The notes beneath the pieces were generated by a model that was not told where the DNA came from, did not search any database, and was given only the letters and a program-made list of their open reading frames with translations. The translations under genes were made by a program, and so were the position numbers. Source: an uncultured delta proteobacterium (lineage in GTDB: Bacteria; Desulfobacterota; Binatia; UBA9968). Taken from it: DNA of 64,000 nucleotides. Location of the stretch: the NCBI GenBank assembly GCA_963804165.1, contig CAWDPO010000030.1, positions 64,001 to 128,000 of the forward strand, written 5' to 3'. How positions within the stretch are numbered: position 1 is the stretch's first letter; each line of letters opens with the position of its first letter. Positions 30,942 through 41,392 of the stretch are shown piece after piece.

Positions 30942-33261
30942 GACGACTCGCTCTCTTCATCGTTAAAAAGCGCGCCGTTATCTTGGGCCTCATAATCGCG
31001 GCCACGCTGGTGCTTCGCCTACCTCTCGCATCAAGATTGAAATGTACACCGCCTTTGCGGATCTCCTGCCGCGAGATCATCCTTATATCCGAGTCCACAA
31101 TCGTTTCTGGAAGACCTTCGGCGGCGCCAACGTCGTGCTGCTTTCCGTGGAAGTCTCCGAGGGCGATATTTTCAACATCACGGTGTTGGAGAAAATCAAA
31201 AAACTCACCGAAATCATCGAGCGCACACCCGGGGCAAACAACTATCAGATTTTTTCCATCGCGCGCCAGAAAGTGAAAGACGTTCGCGCCACCGCTTGGG
31301 GCATCGAGGTGCAGCCCGTGATGTGGCCGAGCGTGCCGCGAGAGCGCGAGGAGATCGAGCGGCTGCGCGATATCGTCTACGCCAATCCAACGATCGTCGG
31401 TCGGCTGGTTTCCGAGGACGGCAAGGCCGCGCTCATCACCGCCGCGTTTCACGAGGAACGGCTCGATTACGCCGCGTTGTTTCGCCGCGTTCAACAAGCG
31501 ATCAAAGAAGTCGAAGACTCCAAGACCCGCGTCTTCGCCGCCGGCGAGCCGATTCTCTACGGCTGGATTTATCATCATCTGAGCTCCATCGCGCTGATCA
31601 TCGCGCTCACCTGTTTGAGCATCCTCGCCATCTTGATCCTCTACTATCGCAATTTAAACGGCGTCATGATCCCGATGCTCTCCGCGGTGATCACTTTCAT
31701 CTGGGGTACCGGATTTACCGCTTTGATCGGTTACAATTTCGAGCCGCTCATTCTGGTCGTGCCGTTTTTGATCGCCGCGCGAACGATCAGTCACTCAATT
31801 CAGTTTCGCGAAAGATTTTTTGAAGAGCTCGAGCGCTACGGCGATAAAGAAAAGGCCGCCATCGAATCGGCGGCCGGCTTGATGATGCCCGGCAGCGTTT
31901 CCATCATAACCGACGCCATCGGTTTGACCGTGCTTCTGGTCGCGCCGATGCCGATTCTGACCAAGCTCGCGATCGCCGGAAGCTTTTGGGTGCTCAGCAA
32001 CTTGGTGACCGTGGTGATTCTCGATCCGATTCTTTGCTGTTACTTTCCCGCGCCGCGCCAAGTGCCGAAGGGCGGCGAAGGACATTGGCTCGAAGCGCCG
32101 CTACGCAGCAGTGGGAAAATTTTGCGTTCACCCTCGGGCAGGCTCGTCGTCATCGCCGGCTTTGCCGCCGTCATCGGTTGGAGTTTGTATTGGTATCAGT
32201 TTCTCACCGTCGGCGATTCGCGCCCGGGCTCGCCGCTGCTTTGGCCCGACTCCGACTACAACCAGAGCGTGCGTCACATCAATGACAAATTTCAGGGCAC
32301 CGATCACCTTTACGTGATCGTCGAAGGACAAACGGAAAGCACGATGAAGGCGCCTCAGGTGCTGGAAAAGATCGAAGTCCTTTCAGCGCCACATGCTGCG
32401 TTCGCCGCACGTCGGCTCGAGCGATTCCCTGGTCGATCTGACCCGTCAGATCAACACGGTGTTGCATTACAACGATCCGCGCTGGGGCTTGTTGCCGCGG
32501 TCAGGCGACGAGGTCGGCGGCATATTGATGGTCGCCGAACACGGCAGCGAGCCCGGTGACTTCGACCGCTGGGTCAATTACAACTTTCAGCATGGGCGGG
32601 TGACTTTCTTTCTCTACGATCACAAGGGCGACACGTTGCGCGAAGTCGATCGACCGGGCCAAGGAGTTTATCAAAAACAATCCTCTCACGGCGCGCGCTT
32701 CAACTCGCCAGCGGCTACGCCGGCGTGTTGGCGGCCGCCAACGAAGTCATCGCCCGCTCCGACAAAATCACCCTCGGCTTGATGCTGCTCGCTCAATTGG
32801 TTTTCTGTGCGCTAGGTTTTCGCTCGCTGTCCGCCGGCCTGTTGTTCGTCGGCGTCGTGTTGATGTCGAATACATTCGGCATGGCGCTGATGTCCTATTG
32901 GAATGTCGGACTGAATGTGAATACGCTGCCCGTCATCAGTCTGGGCATCGGCTTCGGCGAAGATTACGGCATCTACATCGTTTCGCGGGCGATCGAAGAA
33001 TATCGGCGCCAGCGTCAAAACGATCTCAACCAAGCCTTGATCGACGGCGTGGCCACGGCCGGCAAAGCGGTGCTCTACACCGCGTTTCTTATTTCCGCCA
33101 GCATCGCGTTTTGGTCCTTTTCGCCGCTGCGCTTTCAGGCGGAGATGGGCACCCAGCTCCTGATTATATTGACGATGAACATGCTCGGCGGGTTGCTCCT
33201 CTTGCCCGCGTTGATTTCTTTGCTGAGGCCCAAATTCGTCATCGCCTCATCGCAGAGATAA
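30938..33261 (+). CDS. MMPL/RND-family transporter, frameshifted
   Basis: LLPRDHPYI...FGGAN...AGEPILYGW...ARTISHSIQ...ITDAIG and NTLPVISLGIGFGEDYGIYI. Confidence 0.88.
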
Positions 33262-33289
33262 AAACGCGCATCACGAACCGCAAGCAGAG

Positions 33290-33862
33290 CTAAGATGGCT
33301 CGACTCTGAAATCGTAGACCACCTCTAAAAACTGCGCGATGATCCGCGCGGTTACGCCCCACACATCCCAACCATTCACGTAGAAGTGATAGCTCGGATG
33401 GCCACCCGGTGAAAGCTGAACGTCCTGCACAAAGTTAGGTTGCTCCATCAATAATTTAATTGGCACTGAAGCGACCGCCGTGGTTTCAGCCGGATCGAGG
33501 CGAAATTCACAATGCGCCGGGATGACACCCACGACCGGTGTCACGACGAGGCCGTAACCCGCGGTGAATTCATCCAAACGGCCCAGTATCCTTACGCACT
33601 CGGGGCCAATGCCGATTTCTTCGTAGCACTCGCGCAAGGCGGTTTCGGTCACGCCCGCGTCGCGCGGATCGACTCGTCCGCCGGGAAAGGCGATCTGCCC
33701 TTTATGCGTGCGCAGATGATCGGCCCGCTTGGTCAGCACGAGATAATCGCCGTCCGGCCGTTCTTGGATCGGTATCAATACGGCGGCAGGCTTGTGACCG
33801 TTGCCGCCAATGGCTTGTGGCGAACGGGCTTGGAGCGCTTTAGCGACTTTTTCTGCAATCAT
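33290..33862 (-). CDS. CoA pyrophosphatase (Nudix)
   Basis: AAVLIP...LTKRADHLRTHKGQIAFPGG...ALRECYEEIG...VWGVTA. Confidence 0.92.
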   Translation of the reverse strand: MIAEKVAKALQARSPQAIGGNGHKPAAVLIPIQERPDGDYLVLTKRADHLRTHKGQIAFPGGRVDPRDAGVTETALRECYEEIGIGPECVRILGRLDEFTAGYGLVVTPVVGVIPAHCEFRLDPAETTAVASVPIKLLMEQPNFVQDVQLSPGGHPSYHFYVNGWDVWGVTARIIAQFLEVVYDFRVEPS

Positions 33863-33945
33863 TTCGAGAAAACTTTTTTGCCGCGTATAATCTATGATAG
33901 AACCAAATTCGAATTTAACCAATCGTCAGGAAAAAGCCCAGCGCC

Positions 33946-34602
33946 GTGAAAGACCGCGATATTCACACCGCCGTTCGAATTTTGCGTCGTGAAGTGCCCA
34001 AGTGGGAAACGCCCATCGTGACGCTCATGGCGGAAACCTACGAGAGCCCGTTTCGGGTACTGATCTCGTGCATCTTGAGCCTGCGCACGCAGGATTCGAC
34101 GACGGCGAAGGCGTCGCATCGTTTGTTTGCCGTTGCAGACACGCCGCAAGCGATGGTGAAACTTTCTCCGAAAAAGATCGAGAAGCTGATCTACCCCGTC
34201 GGCTTTTATAAGACCAAGGCAAAAAATATTCTCGAAATCTGCCGGACCTTGATCGACCAACACGGTAGCAAGGTTCCCGACGAAATCGACGAGCTCTTAA
34301 AGTTCAAAGGCGTCGGCCGCAAAACCGCGAATCTAGTGGTAACACTCGGTTACAAGAAACCGGGTATCTGCGTCGATACGCATGTGCATCGGATCTCGAA
34401 TCGCTGGGGCTATATCAATACAAAAACACCGGAGAAGACCGAGATCGCGCTGCGCGCGAAACTTCCCAAACAGTATTGGATCGAGTACAACGACCTGCTC
34501 GTAAGCTTTGGCCAGCATCTTTGCCGGCCGATTTCTCCTGTGTGCAGCCAGTGTCCGGTAAAGAAGTATTGCAGACAAATCGGCGTAACAGTGAGGCGAT
34601 GA
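33946..34602 (+). CDS. nth: Endonuclease III
   Basis: HhH motif GVGRKTANLV, VDTHVHRISNR and the 4Fe-4S motif CRPISPVCSQCPVKKYC. Confidence 0.95.
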   Translation: MKDRDIHTAVRILRREVPKWETPIVTLMAETYESPFRVLISCILSLRTQDSTTAKASHRLFAVADTPQAMVKLSPKKIEKLIYPVGFYKTKAKNILEICRTLIDQHGSKVPDEIDELLKFKGVGRKTANLVVTLGYKKPGICVDTHVHRISNRWGYINTKTPEKTEIALRAKLPKQYWIEYNDLLVSFGQHLCRPISPVCSQCPVKKYCRQIGVTVRR

Positions 34603-35837
34603 ATATGACCCAAAAAACTCCCCAGGGTTATTTTGCTCAGAATGTAGACGCGGTCGGATATCACGATCTAAACAGCAAGCCGGCGTTCAAGTTGGCAATG
34701 CAGGAAGTAAACAATCGCTGGTACCTCTATGTCGCTCATCTCTGGCATCGGGGCTGGAGCGTGCTCGACGTCACCGACCCGGCGGCTCCGGAGTTTTGCA
34801 CTTTTGTTCCCGGGCCGGAAAATACCTGGACGATTCAGGTCCAGGTCGCCGAAGGCAAGATGATCGCCGGCCTCGAACGCATCGCGCCGGGCTGGGGCGG
34901 CTCCGACGGCCAACCATTCACCGAAGGTTTTTTTATATTCGACGTGAGCGAGCCGACCAAGCCGAAACAAATCGGCCACTTCAAAACCAGCAGCACCGGC
35001 ACGCATCGCAATTTCTACGACGGCGGCAACCTAGTTCACGCCGCGGCGGGCGCGCCCGGCATGACCGGAAAGATTTATCGGATCGTCGACATCGCCGATG
35101 CCGGCAATCCACGCGAAGTTGGCCGCTTCTCATTGCCGGAGCAGGTGCAAGGCGCGGCGACAAATGGCTTGAAGTTTTCCTGTCATGGTCCCGCACATAT
35201 CGAAGGCAATCGCGCTTATCTTTCGTACGGCGACGGCGGCGGTATCATCCTCGACGTTTCCGCTATATCCCAGCCGAAGATGATCAGCCAGATCGCATTC
35301 CGGGGCATTACCGCAACTCAAGGAATCCATACTTACCTGCCGTTACCGCGCCGGAAAATCGCCCTCGTCAACGACGAAGCGATTCGAGAAAACGGCGATG
35401 AAAATCTCAACATGGCCGGCATCGTCGATATCAGCGACGAGAAGCGCCCGCGCATGCTGTCGCTCTTCCCGCTGCCCGAGCCGGCGCCGGAAAGCGAATT
35501 GAAAAACTTCTATGAGAAAGCGGGCCGCTTCGGTCCACACAACCATCATCATCCGAATCATCAAGCCTGCCTCGAAGATCGCGATGATATTGCTTACCTC
35601 ACGTACTTTAACGCGGGGCTGCGCGTTTATGATATTCGCGACCCGCGCCAGCCGAAAGAGATCGGCTACTTCGTGCCCGCAGACCCACTAACGCGAAACG
35701 GCCTCAAGCCAAGTCGATTAGCCGCGCAATCGGAGGACGTGATCGTCGACCGGCGCGGCTATATTTATCTGAGCGATAAGAATCACGGGATACACATCCT
35801 TAAACTCAAAGAGGTCTGGCCATATCCAAGCGCCTGA
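34599..35837 (+). CDS. LVIVD-repeat beta-propeller protein
   Basis: Repeated D(V/I)xxP motifs, plus RFGPHN and YFNAGLRVYDIRDP. Confidence 0.8.
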   Translation: MNMTQKTPQGYFAQNVDAVGYHDLNSKPAFKLAMQEVNNRWYLYVAHLWHRGWSVLDVTDPAAPEFCTFVPGPENTWTIQVQVAEGKMIAGLERIAPGWGGSDGQPFTEGFFIFDVSEPTKPKQIGHFKTSSTGTHRNFYDGGNLVHAAAGAPGMTGKIYRIVDIADAGNPREVGRFSLPEQVQGAATNGLKFSCHGPAHIEGNRAYLSYGDGGGIILDVSAISQPKMISQIAFRGITATQGIHTYLPLPRRKIALVNDEAIRENGDENLNMAGIVDISDEKRPRMLSLFPLPEPAPESELKNFYEKAGRFGPHNHHHPNHQACLEDRDDIAYLTYFNAGLRVYDIRDPRQPKEIGYFVPADPLTRNGLKPSRLAAQSEDVIVDRRGYIYLSDKNHGIHILKLKEVWPYPSA

Positions 35838-36046
35838 TCGACGGATGGGATCATAGAGTATAGCTTTTCGCGGTTTGTCTAGGGATTCGGGCGGTCATTC
35901 TGGGCAACCTGGCGAAGCTAGCCCGAACAGGAATGCAGGTTAAAGAGATTTCTGGATGTCTTCACCGGCATGACGAAAGAATCTAAATGACCGGCCTCGC
36001 GAACTCTTGAGAAAGTAACTCGTGTGATGCCTCTAATTCGATGGGT

Positions 36047-36128
36047 GTCATTTTGAGGAGCTTTGCGACGAAGAATCTGCTTCGAGCAATGAACAAAGCA
36101 GATCCTTCGCCCCTGGCTCAGGATGACA
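36047..36128. repeat. Intact REP-like palindrome of the family targeted by the IS1111
   Basis: TGTCATTTTGAG...GAAGAATCTGC / GCAGATCCTTCG...GGCTCAGGATGACA. Confidence 0.7.
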
Positions 36129-36212
36129 ACTAAGAAATGTCGAGATAATCCTGATCGGTTTCAACCAGGACACGAGCGACGCTTAGGAAGTTAAAAAAGA
36201 CTCTGCCGATTT

Positions 36213-36537
36213 CTACGGCTTCATCGATTCGGGAAAATATTTCGACGGCGCCCAGACGTTGACGGTGAAGTTGTTGCAGCCGAGGATGCGCAACTCGCGC
36301 ATGATGCGGATATAGTCTTGGGAATCGATGAAGTCGCGCCAGTTGTCCAGCGTCTCGAAGTCGATGGTAATGGCGACGTGCGGCGTCACTTCCAACGGGA
36401 TTTCGGTAGTTGCGAATCTCGATCACGCCCTTGTGCGCCAGCGTTGTCGGCAGCCAATCGTTTTTAGCCTTGTTCGCGTAAATAGTCAGGTTGGCTTTTT
36501 GATCCGGCAAATTCCACTGGATAACAAAATGCACCAT
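36213..36537 (-). CDS. Hypothetical protein (dimeric alpha/beta-barrel-like), frameshifted
   Basis: MVHFVIQWNLP...YRNP joins EVTPHVAITIDFETLDNWRDF. It directly follows the SDR gene. Confidence 0.6.
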
Positions 36538-37329
36538 TTATTGTATCCCTCGCACCAGACCGCCATCGATTTGAATCGTGGTGCCGGTGACGTAGCTCGC
36601 CCGCTCTGAACCGAGAAAAACAATCACATCCGCCGTCTCTTCCGCAGTACCATAACGCCCGAGCGGCACTTCCGCCGCCATCTCTTTGTTGATCTCCTCG
36701 ATGGGCCGGCCGACCCGATCCGCTCTAGCTTTGTTGAGCTTCTGCGCCCGCTCGGTATCGATGCGGCCCGGACAGATGTTGTTGATGAGAATGTTATCGC
36801 GCGCCAGCTCACGCGAGAGCGTCTTGGCCAAGCCAATTACCGCGCTGCGCACCGCGTTGGACAATACCAGGCCCGTGATCGGCTCCTTGACCGAATACGA
36901 AGTAATATTGATGACCCGGCCGCCGCCGGCCTTGCGCATGTGCGGCACGGCTTCGCGAGTCATGCGCATGGTGCTCATGAAGCTTATATTGTAGGCGTTG
37001 CTCCAATCTTCGTCGGTAAACTTCATAAACTCACCCGGGGGCGGTCCGCCGGCGTTGTTGACGATGATATCCAAGCGGCCGAAGTGCTCGGCGCTCTGAT
37101 TGACGAATTTTTTTATGTCCTCCGGCTTCGCCATATCGGCCACCACTGCAAGCACCTCGCCGCCGGTTTCCTTGCGAATCGTAGCCGCGGCTTCGTTGAG
37201 CGCCGCTTCACCGCGCGCGCAGATCGCCACCTTTGCCCCTTCGCGAGCGAATCCCAACGCCGTCGCGCGCCCCATTCCCTGGCTGGCGCCAGCGACCAAA
37301 GCGACTTTTCCTTTTAGTCCTAAATCCAT
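36538..37329 (-). CDS. SDR family oxidoreductase (FabG-like)
   Basis: MDLGLKGKVALVAGASQGMG...VNNAGGPPPG...CPGRIDT...IDGG. Confidence 0.93.
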   Translation of the reverse strand: MDLGLKGKVALVAGASQGMGRATALGFAREGAKVAICARGEAALNEAAATIRKETGGEVLAVVADMAKPEDIKKFVNQSAEHFGRLDIIVNNAGGPPPGEFMKFTDEDWSNAYNISFMSTMRMTREAVPHMRKAGGGRVINITSYSVKEPITGLVLSNAVRSAVIGLAKTLSRELARDNILINNICPGRIDTERAQKLNKARADRVGRPIEEINKEMAAEVPLGRYGTAEETADVIVFLGSERASYVTGTTIQIDGGLVRGIQ

Positions 37330-37673
37330 TCTTGCTTTTCCCCCCGGTAGTTTTGCGTCTGCCGGATACTAGCAAAGCCGATACGGCGGGTCAAAAGAAC
37401 AGCGGTCAGAAGTCAGAGATCAGAAATCAGCAGCTGTCCCAATTCCTGCGTCTTTTTTTGTCATACCGGCGAAGGCCGGTATCCAGAAGCATTTGAAACT
37501 CCTGGATGCCGGATCGCGCTACCCTAAACTATGATGAGGGGTTCGAATTATGCTGTGAACTTTGGTTCCACTTCTTGCACGCTGATCAAAAAGATCCAGA
37601 GGTGAGGCGCGCGAAGGTCGATGAGCGTAGGCGTACTCCTGTACGTTGACGCGAAATCGGCCTAGCGCAACGA

Positions 37674-39327
37674 CAGACTGTGTGAAAACTCCGTTTAGAA
37701 CCATAGTGACAGAGAATATTGTTCATGAATGGATCGTTCGAATGTAGAATCATCCAACGTTGAGATCAAGGGAGATGTTGGATGGGATACATTGAGGGAG
37801 AAGATCGTAAGCAGACGGTGTTGTTTCCAGAGGTGCTGGACGATTACATCAGTGAGGAAAATCCGGTTCGGTTCATCGATGTATTTATCGAAGGACTGGA
37901 CCTTTCGGGGATGGGATTTCAAAAGGCGATCCCGAAGGATACGGGACGGCCGCCGTATGATCCAGGAGATCTTTTACGGCTGTATGTGTACGGGTATCTG
38001 AATCGGACGCGCTCGAGTCGGCGGCTAGAAACCGAAGCCGGGCGCAACGTGGAGGTGATGTGGCTGATGCGCAAGCTTAGGCCGGACTTTAAGACGATCG
38101 CGGACTTTCGCAAGGATAATGCTCAAGGGATCAAGAAGGTATGTCGAGAGTTCACGCTGTGGTGTAAGCGGCTAGAGCTGTTTGGGAGCGAGTTGGTGGC
38201 CATCGACGGCAGCAAATTTGGAGCGGTTAATAGTCCCAAGCGCAACTTCACAGAAAAAAAGCTTAGGCGGATGATAAAAGAGATCGACGGTAAGATCGAT
38301 CAGTATCTTAAGCAATTGGATCAACAGGATAAGCAGGAAGCCGGGCAACGGGGTGTGAGCCCAGAACAGCTCAAGGAGAAGATCGAACGATACAAAGAGC
38401 GCCGAGCGCAGTATGAGCAGTTAAAGACTGATCTGGAAGGCAGTGCAGAGAGTCAAATATCATTGACAGATCCGCAGAGCCGCTCGATGCGTGTAGGGCA
38501 CGGGGTGGAGGTCAGCTACAACGTGCAGATCGTGGTGGATCACAAGCACAAGTTGGTGGTGGAGCACGAGGTGACCAATGAAGTCACCGACCAAGGGCAA
38601 CTGTCCACGATGGCAAAGAAGGCCCAAGAGACGCTCGGCGTACAGAGTCTAGAGGTAGTGGCCGACCGGGGTTACTACAACGGGGAAGAACTGAAAGTCT
38701 GCGAGCAGTCCGGGATGACGGTTTACGTCCCTAAGCCCAATAATTCATCGAACCTTAAGCGTGGACTGTTTACTAAAGAGGACTTTGTCTATGAGCCACA
38801 AAAGGACTGCTACAGGTGTCCTGCGGGAAAAGAGCTAAGCTACCGCTTTGACAGTGTGGAACAGGGTCGGGCGGTGCACTCCTACGAGATCTATGGCTGT
38901 AACAGCTGTGAGTTAAAGTCCAAGTGTAGCATCAACAAAAGGGGAAGGCGGCGGATCACACGCTGGGTCGATGAAGCGATTTTGGAAGCGATGGCCCGGC
39001 GAATGACGGAGCATCCCGAGAAGGCAGAGTTACGCAAGTGTCTAGTGGAGCATCCTTTTGGCACCATCAAACGGGCCATGAACCAGGGTTACTTTCTGAT
39101 GCGGGGATTAAGCAAGGTCGGAGCCGAGACGAGTCTGACAATACTGGCATACAACCTCAGGCGAGTGATGAATATTCTCGGAGTACGGAAAATGATGGAG
39201 GCCGTTACCTAAGAAGACGGGATCCTCAGCTGGGTAGTCGCGGTTTAGGGTGACAGGCGAATTCAATGAGCCGCTCAATCGTCGCCCATGCATACGCCGA
39301 AAGCTCAAAGAGTTTTCACACAGTCTG
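37674..39327 (+). mobile_element. IS1182-family insertion sequence, apparently intact
   Basis: Perfect 18-bp TIR CAGACTGTGTGAAAACTC and a 4-bp TSD ACGA (37670-37673, 39328-39331). Confidence 0.95.
37782..39212 (+). CDS. IS1182-family transposase
   Basis: TGRPPYDP...YGYLNRTRSSRRLE...PDFKTIADFRK...AIDGSK...ADRGYY...VEHPFGTIK. Confidence 0.95.
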   Translation: MGYIEGEDRKQTVLFPEVLDDYISEENPVRFIDVFIEGLDLSGMGFQKAIPKDTGRPPYDPGDLLRLYVYGYLNRTRSSRRLETEAGRNVEVMWLMRKLRPDFKTIADFRKDNAQGIKKVCREFTLWCKRLELFGSELVAIDGSKFGAVNSPKRNFTEKKLRRMIKEIDGKIDQYLKQLDQQDKQEAGQRGVSPEQLKEKIERYKERRAQYEQLKTDLEGSAESQISLTDPQSRSMRVGHGVEVSYNVQIVVDHKHKLVVEHEVTNEVTDQGQLSTMAKKAQETLGVQSLEVVADRGYYNGEELKVCEQSGMTVYVPKPNNSSNLKRGLFTKEDFVYEPQKDCYRCPAGKELSYRFDSVEQGRAVHSYEIYGCNSCELKSKCSINKRGRRRITRWVDEAILEAMARRMTEHPEKAELRKCLVEHPFGTIKRAMNQGYFLMRGLSKVGAETSLTILAYNLRRVMNILGVRKMMEAVT

Positions 39328-39364
39328 ACGAAGCAGATGGGTCTTTTTCAGCAGCGTGCCAGGC

Positions 39365-39610
39365 TCACTTCTGCTGCCAGTAAATGTTGTCGCGGAACTC
39401 CGGCTGGAGACGTTTGATATAGAGACAGAGCATGCCGTGGACGCCGAGCTGGCGTAGCTTGCGCGGATCGCCGGCACGCAACGCGTCCTGTTCTTCGGTC
39501 GAAAGATCATACCCGCCCATCACTTGCTCAAAGTCCTTCAGCGATTTTTGATACACTGATTCGTTCATCTTCAAATCAAACAGCAGACGGCTCAGATCGT
39601 AACAGCTCAC
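39365..39610 (-). CDS. LigA-like small subunit of an extradiol dioxygenase
   Basis: GTG overlaps the ligB-like stop codon. Motif YDLSTEEQDALRAGDPRKLRQLGVH. Confidence 0.75.
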   Translation of the reverse strand: MSCYDLSRLLFDLKMNESVYQKSLKDFEQVMGGYDLSTEEQDALRAGDPRKLRQLGVHGMLCLYIKRLQPEFRDNIYWQQK

Positions 39611-40476
39611 AACGACCTCCAACTGACAAATCCCCAGCCCGTCGCGACAAAGTCGGGCATATAGGCGGTGTAAGATGCTTTTGCATCGCCGACGGCGCCG
39701 ATCACAACCATCCAATTGAGAAATTCGGTATCGCCCGCTTGCAACAGGTCTTGCACGGAATAATCCACCAGGCTTTTCCCTTTACCTTCGCGCATCACTT
39801 CGAGGAGCTTGTGATCGAAGGTCTCGTCGATCTCGCCGATACGCGGCGAGCCCGGAAAGTGCGATAACCCGCCCGTCGCTAGAATCGCCACGCGCTCGGC
39901 GGATTTTTCCGCAACTTCGCGAATCAACTCACCGACTTGATAGCAACGCCGCGGCGACGGCGCCGGATCGACCCACGTGTTTACGTAAATCGGCAGGATC
40001 GGGATCGTCGGTTCGCGTAGCAAAAAATAAAGCGGCACGTTCTGAGTGTGCTGCAACTCGATGTGTTCGCCGTAGGAGAAATCGATGCCCTTGTCCATGC
40101 CCGCGCGAATGATCGCTTTACCTAACTCTTTGTGATTTCGATAGCGGAAAGAATGACGGGTAAACTGACCCTTGACTTCATCAGCAATGGTGACGAAAAA
40201 CGTCGGAATATTATTCCAAAAGAAGTTGACGAATTGATCGTTGGCAATGACGATCAAGACGTCAGGTTTCGCCTGCTCCAGATCCTTGCGCAGTGCGCCG
40301 AAAGCGGCCTCGGCATCCTGCCGTAGTTTTTTTTGTTGTTCGAAAGTCGGCCTGCTCGCGGTGCCTTGGGGCGCCGCCATACTGTAGTGCAGATCCATGA
40401 AGTCTTCCCATTCACGGCCCGGCTCAAGAAGTATGTTAGGCGCGTGGCTTGCGGCCATGGCAGAAACTAGCGGCAT
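39607..40476 (-). CDS. Class III extradiol ring-cleavage dioxygenase (LigB-like)
   Basis: AASHAP...PDVLIVIANDQ...ILATGGLSH...FD...EFLNW. Confidence 0.88.
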   Translation of the reverse strand: MPLVSAMAASHAPNILLEPGREWEDFMDLHYSMAAPQGTASRPTFEQQKKLRQDAEAAFGALRKDLEQAKPDVLIVIANDQFVNFFWNNIPTFFVTIADEVKGQFTRHSFRYRNHKELGKAIIRAGMDKGIDFSYGEHIELQHTQNVPLYFLLREPTIPILPIYVNTWVDPAPSPRRCYQVGELIREVAEKSAERVAILATGGLSHFPGSPRIGEIDETFDHKLLEVMREGKGKSLVDYSVQDLLQAGDTEFLNWMVVIGAVGDAKASYTAYMPDFVATGWGFVSWRSL

Positions 40477-40656
40477 AGGGCAACTCCTCAGCGAATTGGC
40501 AAAAATCCTATTCCCCGACCTGGAAAAAAGCAACTGCGAGTTTATGCGGAACGTTATTGCCGCGCGTGCCGAGGGCGGGACCGCCGCGGAAGGGCTGAAA
40601 GGAAAAAATCGTCGATGAAATCGAGATTTAGCTCTGTGGATTTTGCCGGCGAGGAA

Positions 40657-40803
40657 TCACAGCATGCGGTAATTGCGCACCGAGAAATAGATCAAAGCCA
40701 CGACGACGACTACCGATACAATGGGGTGATCTATCACCCAGCCCAGCCCCGGCTCGAAGACATGCCGAGATAGGTAGTCGATAAATCTATTGACACGATC
40801 CAT
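40657..40803 (-). CDS. Small membrane protein (48 aa)
   Basis: RBS GGAG, then MDRVNRFIDYLSRHVFEPGLGWVIDHPIVSVVVVVALIYFSVRNYRML. Confidence 0.55.
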   Translation of the reverse strand: MDRVNRFIDYLSRHVFEPGLGWVIDHPIVSVVVVVALIYFSVRNYRML

Positions 40804-41218
40804 TCTTCTCCCCTTCCATAAACCACTTACTTATAACAAAACTACGCGTCGGCGGAAAACTGATTTTTTGGGTTCGAATATGCCATTTGGGCTAGATCTT
40901 GATGCCATCAACAACGATCAATTAGCAATTATAACACTTCCCGAGTTCGAATCCCCGCGCACCTAAACATCCGAGCTGCCGACCCCACGTGAAGCTCAAA
41001 AATTGGGCTTTTGAGGGACTCCAAGTAAGATTTCAGGACAACACTGTTCAATCTTGCTCACTGTTGGACAAGACTGGCCTAAACGGTCTGCCTACAGGTA
41101 GCTTCGCCGACCCAGGACTCTTGGAAAATCAGCACTTTTTAGAATGCAGCGAAAATCAGGTTCGTGGCATTGCCGTTGCTCTACGGAGGTAGCATCAAAT
41201 CCATTGGAGGAGCAAACG

Positions 41219-41368
41219 ATGAAACTTCTGCTTGCAACCATGTTCAAGAAAGTCCCCGTGAGAGAAACCCAGCAGAGAGCCACCATCTGCAAGCGCTGCG
41301 GTACGCGAATCTATTCGCTGAGCTTTTTGAAAAAGCACCTCGAAGCTCACGATAAGAAAACTCACTAG
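41219..41368 (+). CDS. Small C2H2 zinc-finger protein (49 aa)
   Basis: RBS GGAGGAG. CKRCGTRIYSLSFLKKHLEAH equals C-x2-C-x12-H-x3-H. Confidence 0.65.
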   Translation: MKLLLATMFKKVPVRETQQRATICKRCGTRIYSLSFLKKHLEAHDKKTH

Positions 41369-41392
41369 TCATCAATTCTAAGGAGAGAGACA

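Larger units (their letters stand above)
37577..39359. mobile_element. MITE-like repeat split by the IS1182
   Basis: Ends GCACGCTGATCAAAAAGA and TCTTTTTCAGCAGCGTGC. It would be about 125 bp without the IS. Confidence 0.6.

Noticed and set aside
41060-41115. c-di-GMP-I riboswitch (GGCCTAAAC...GGTAGC)
   Set aside because: It lacks the GGCAAA/GNRA stem and GACGCAAA junction. Only short motif similarity is present.
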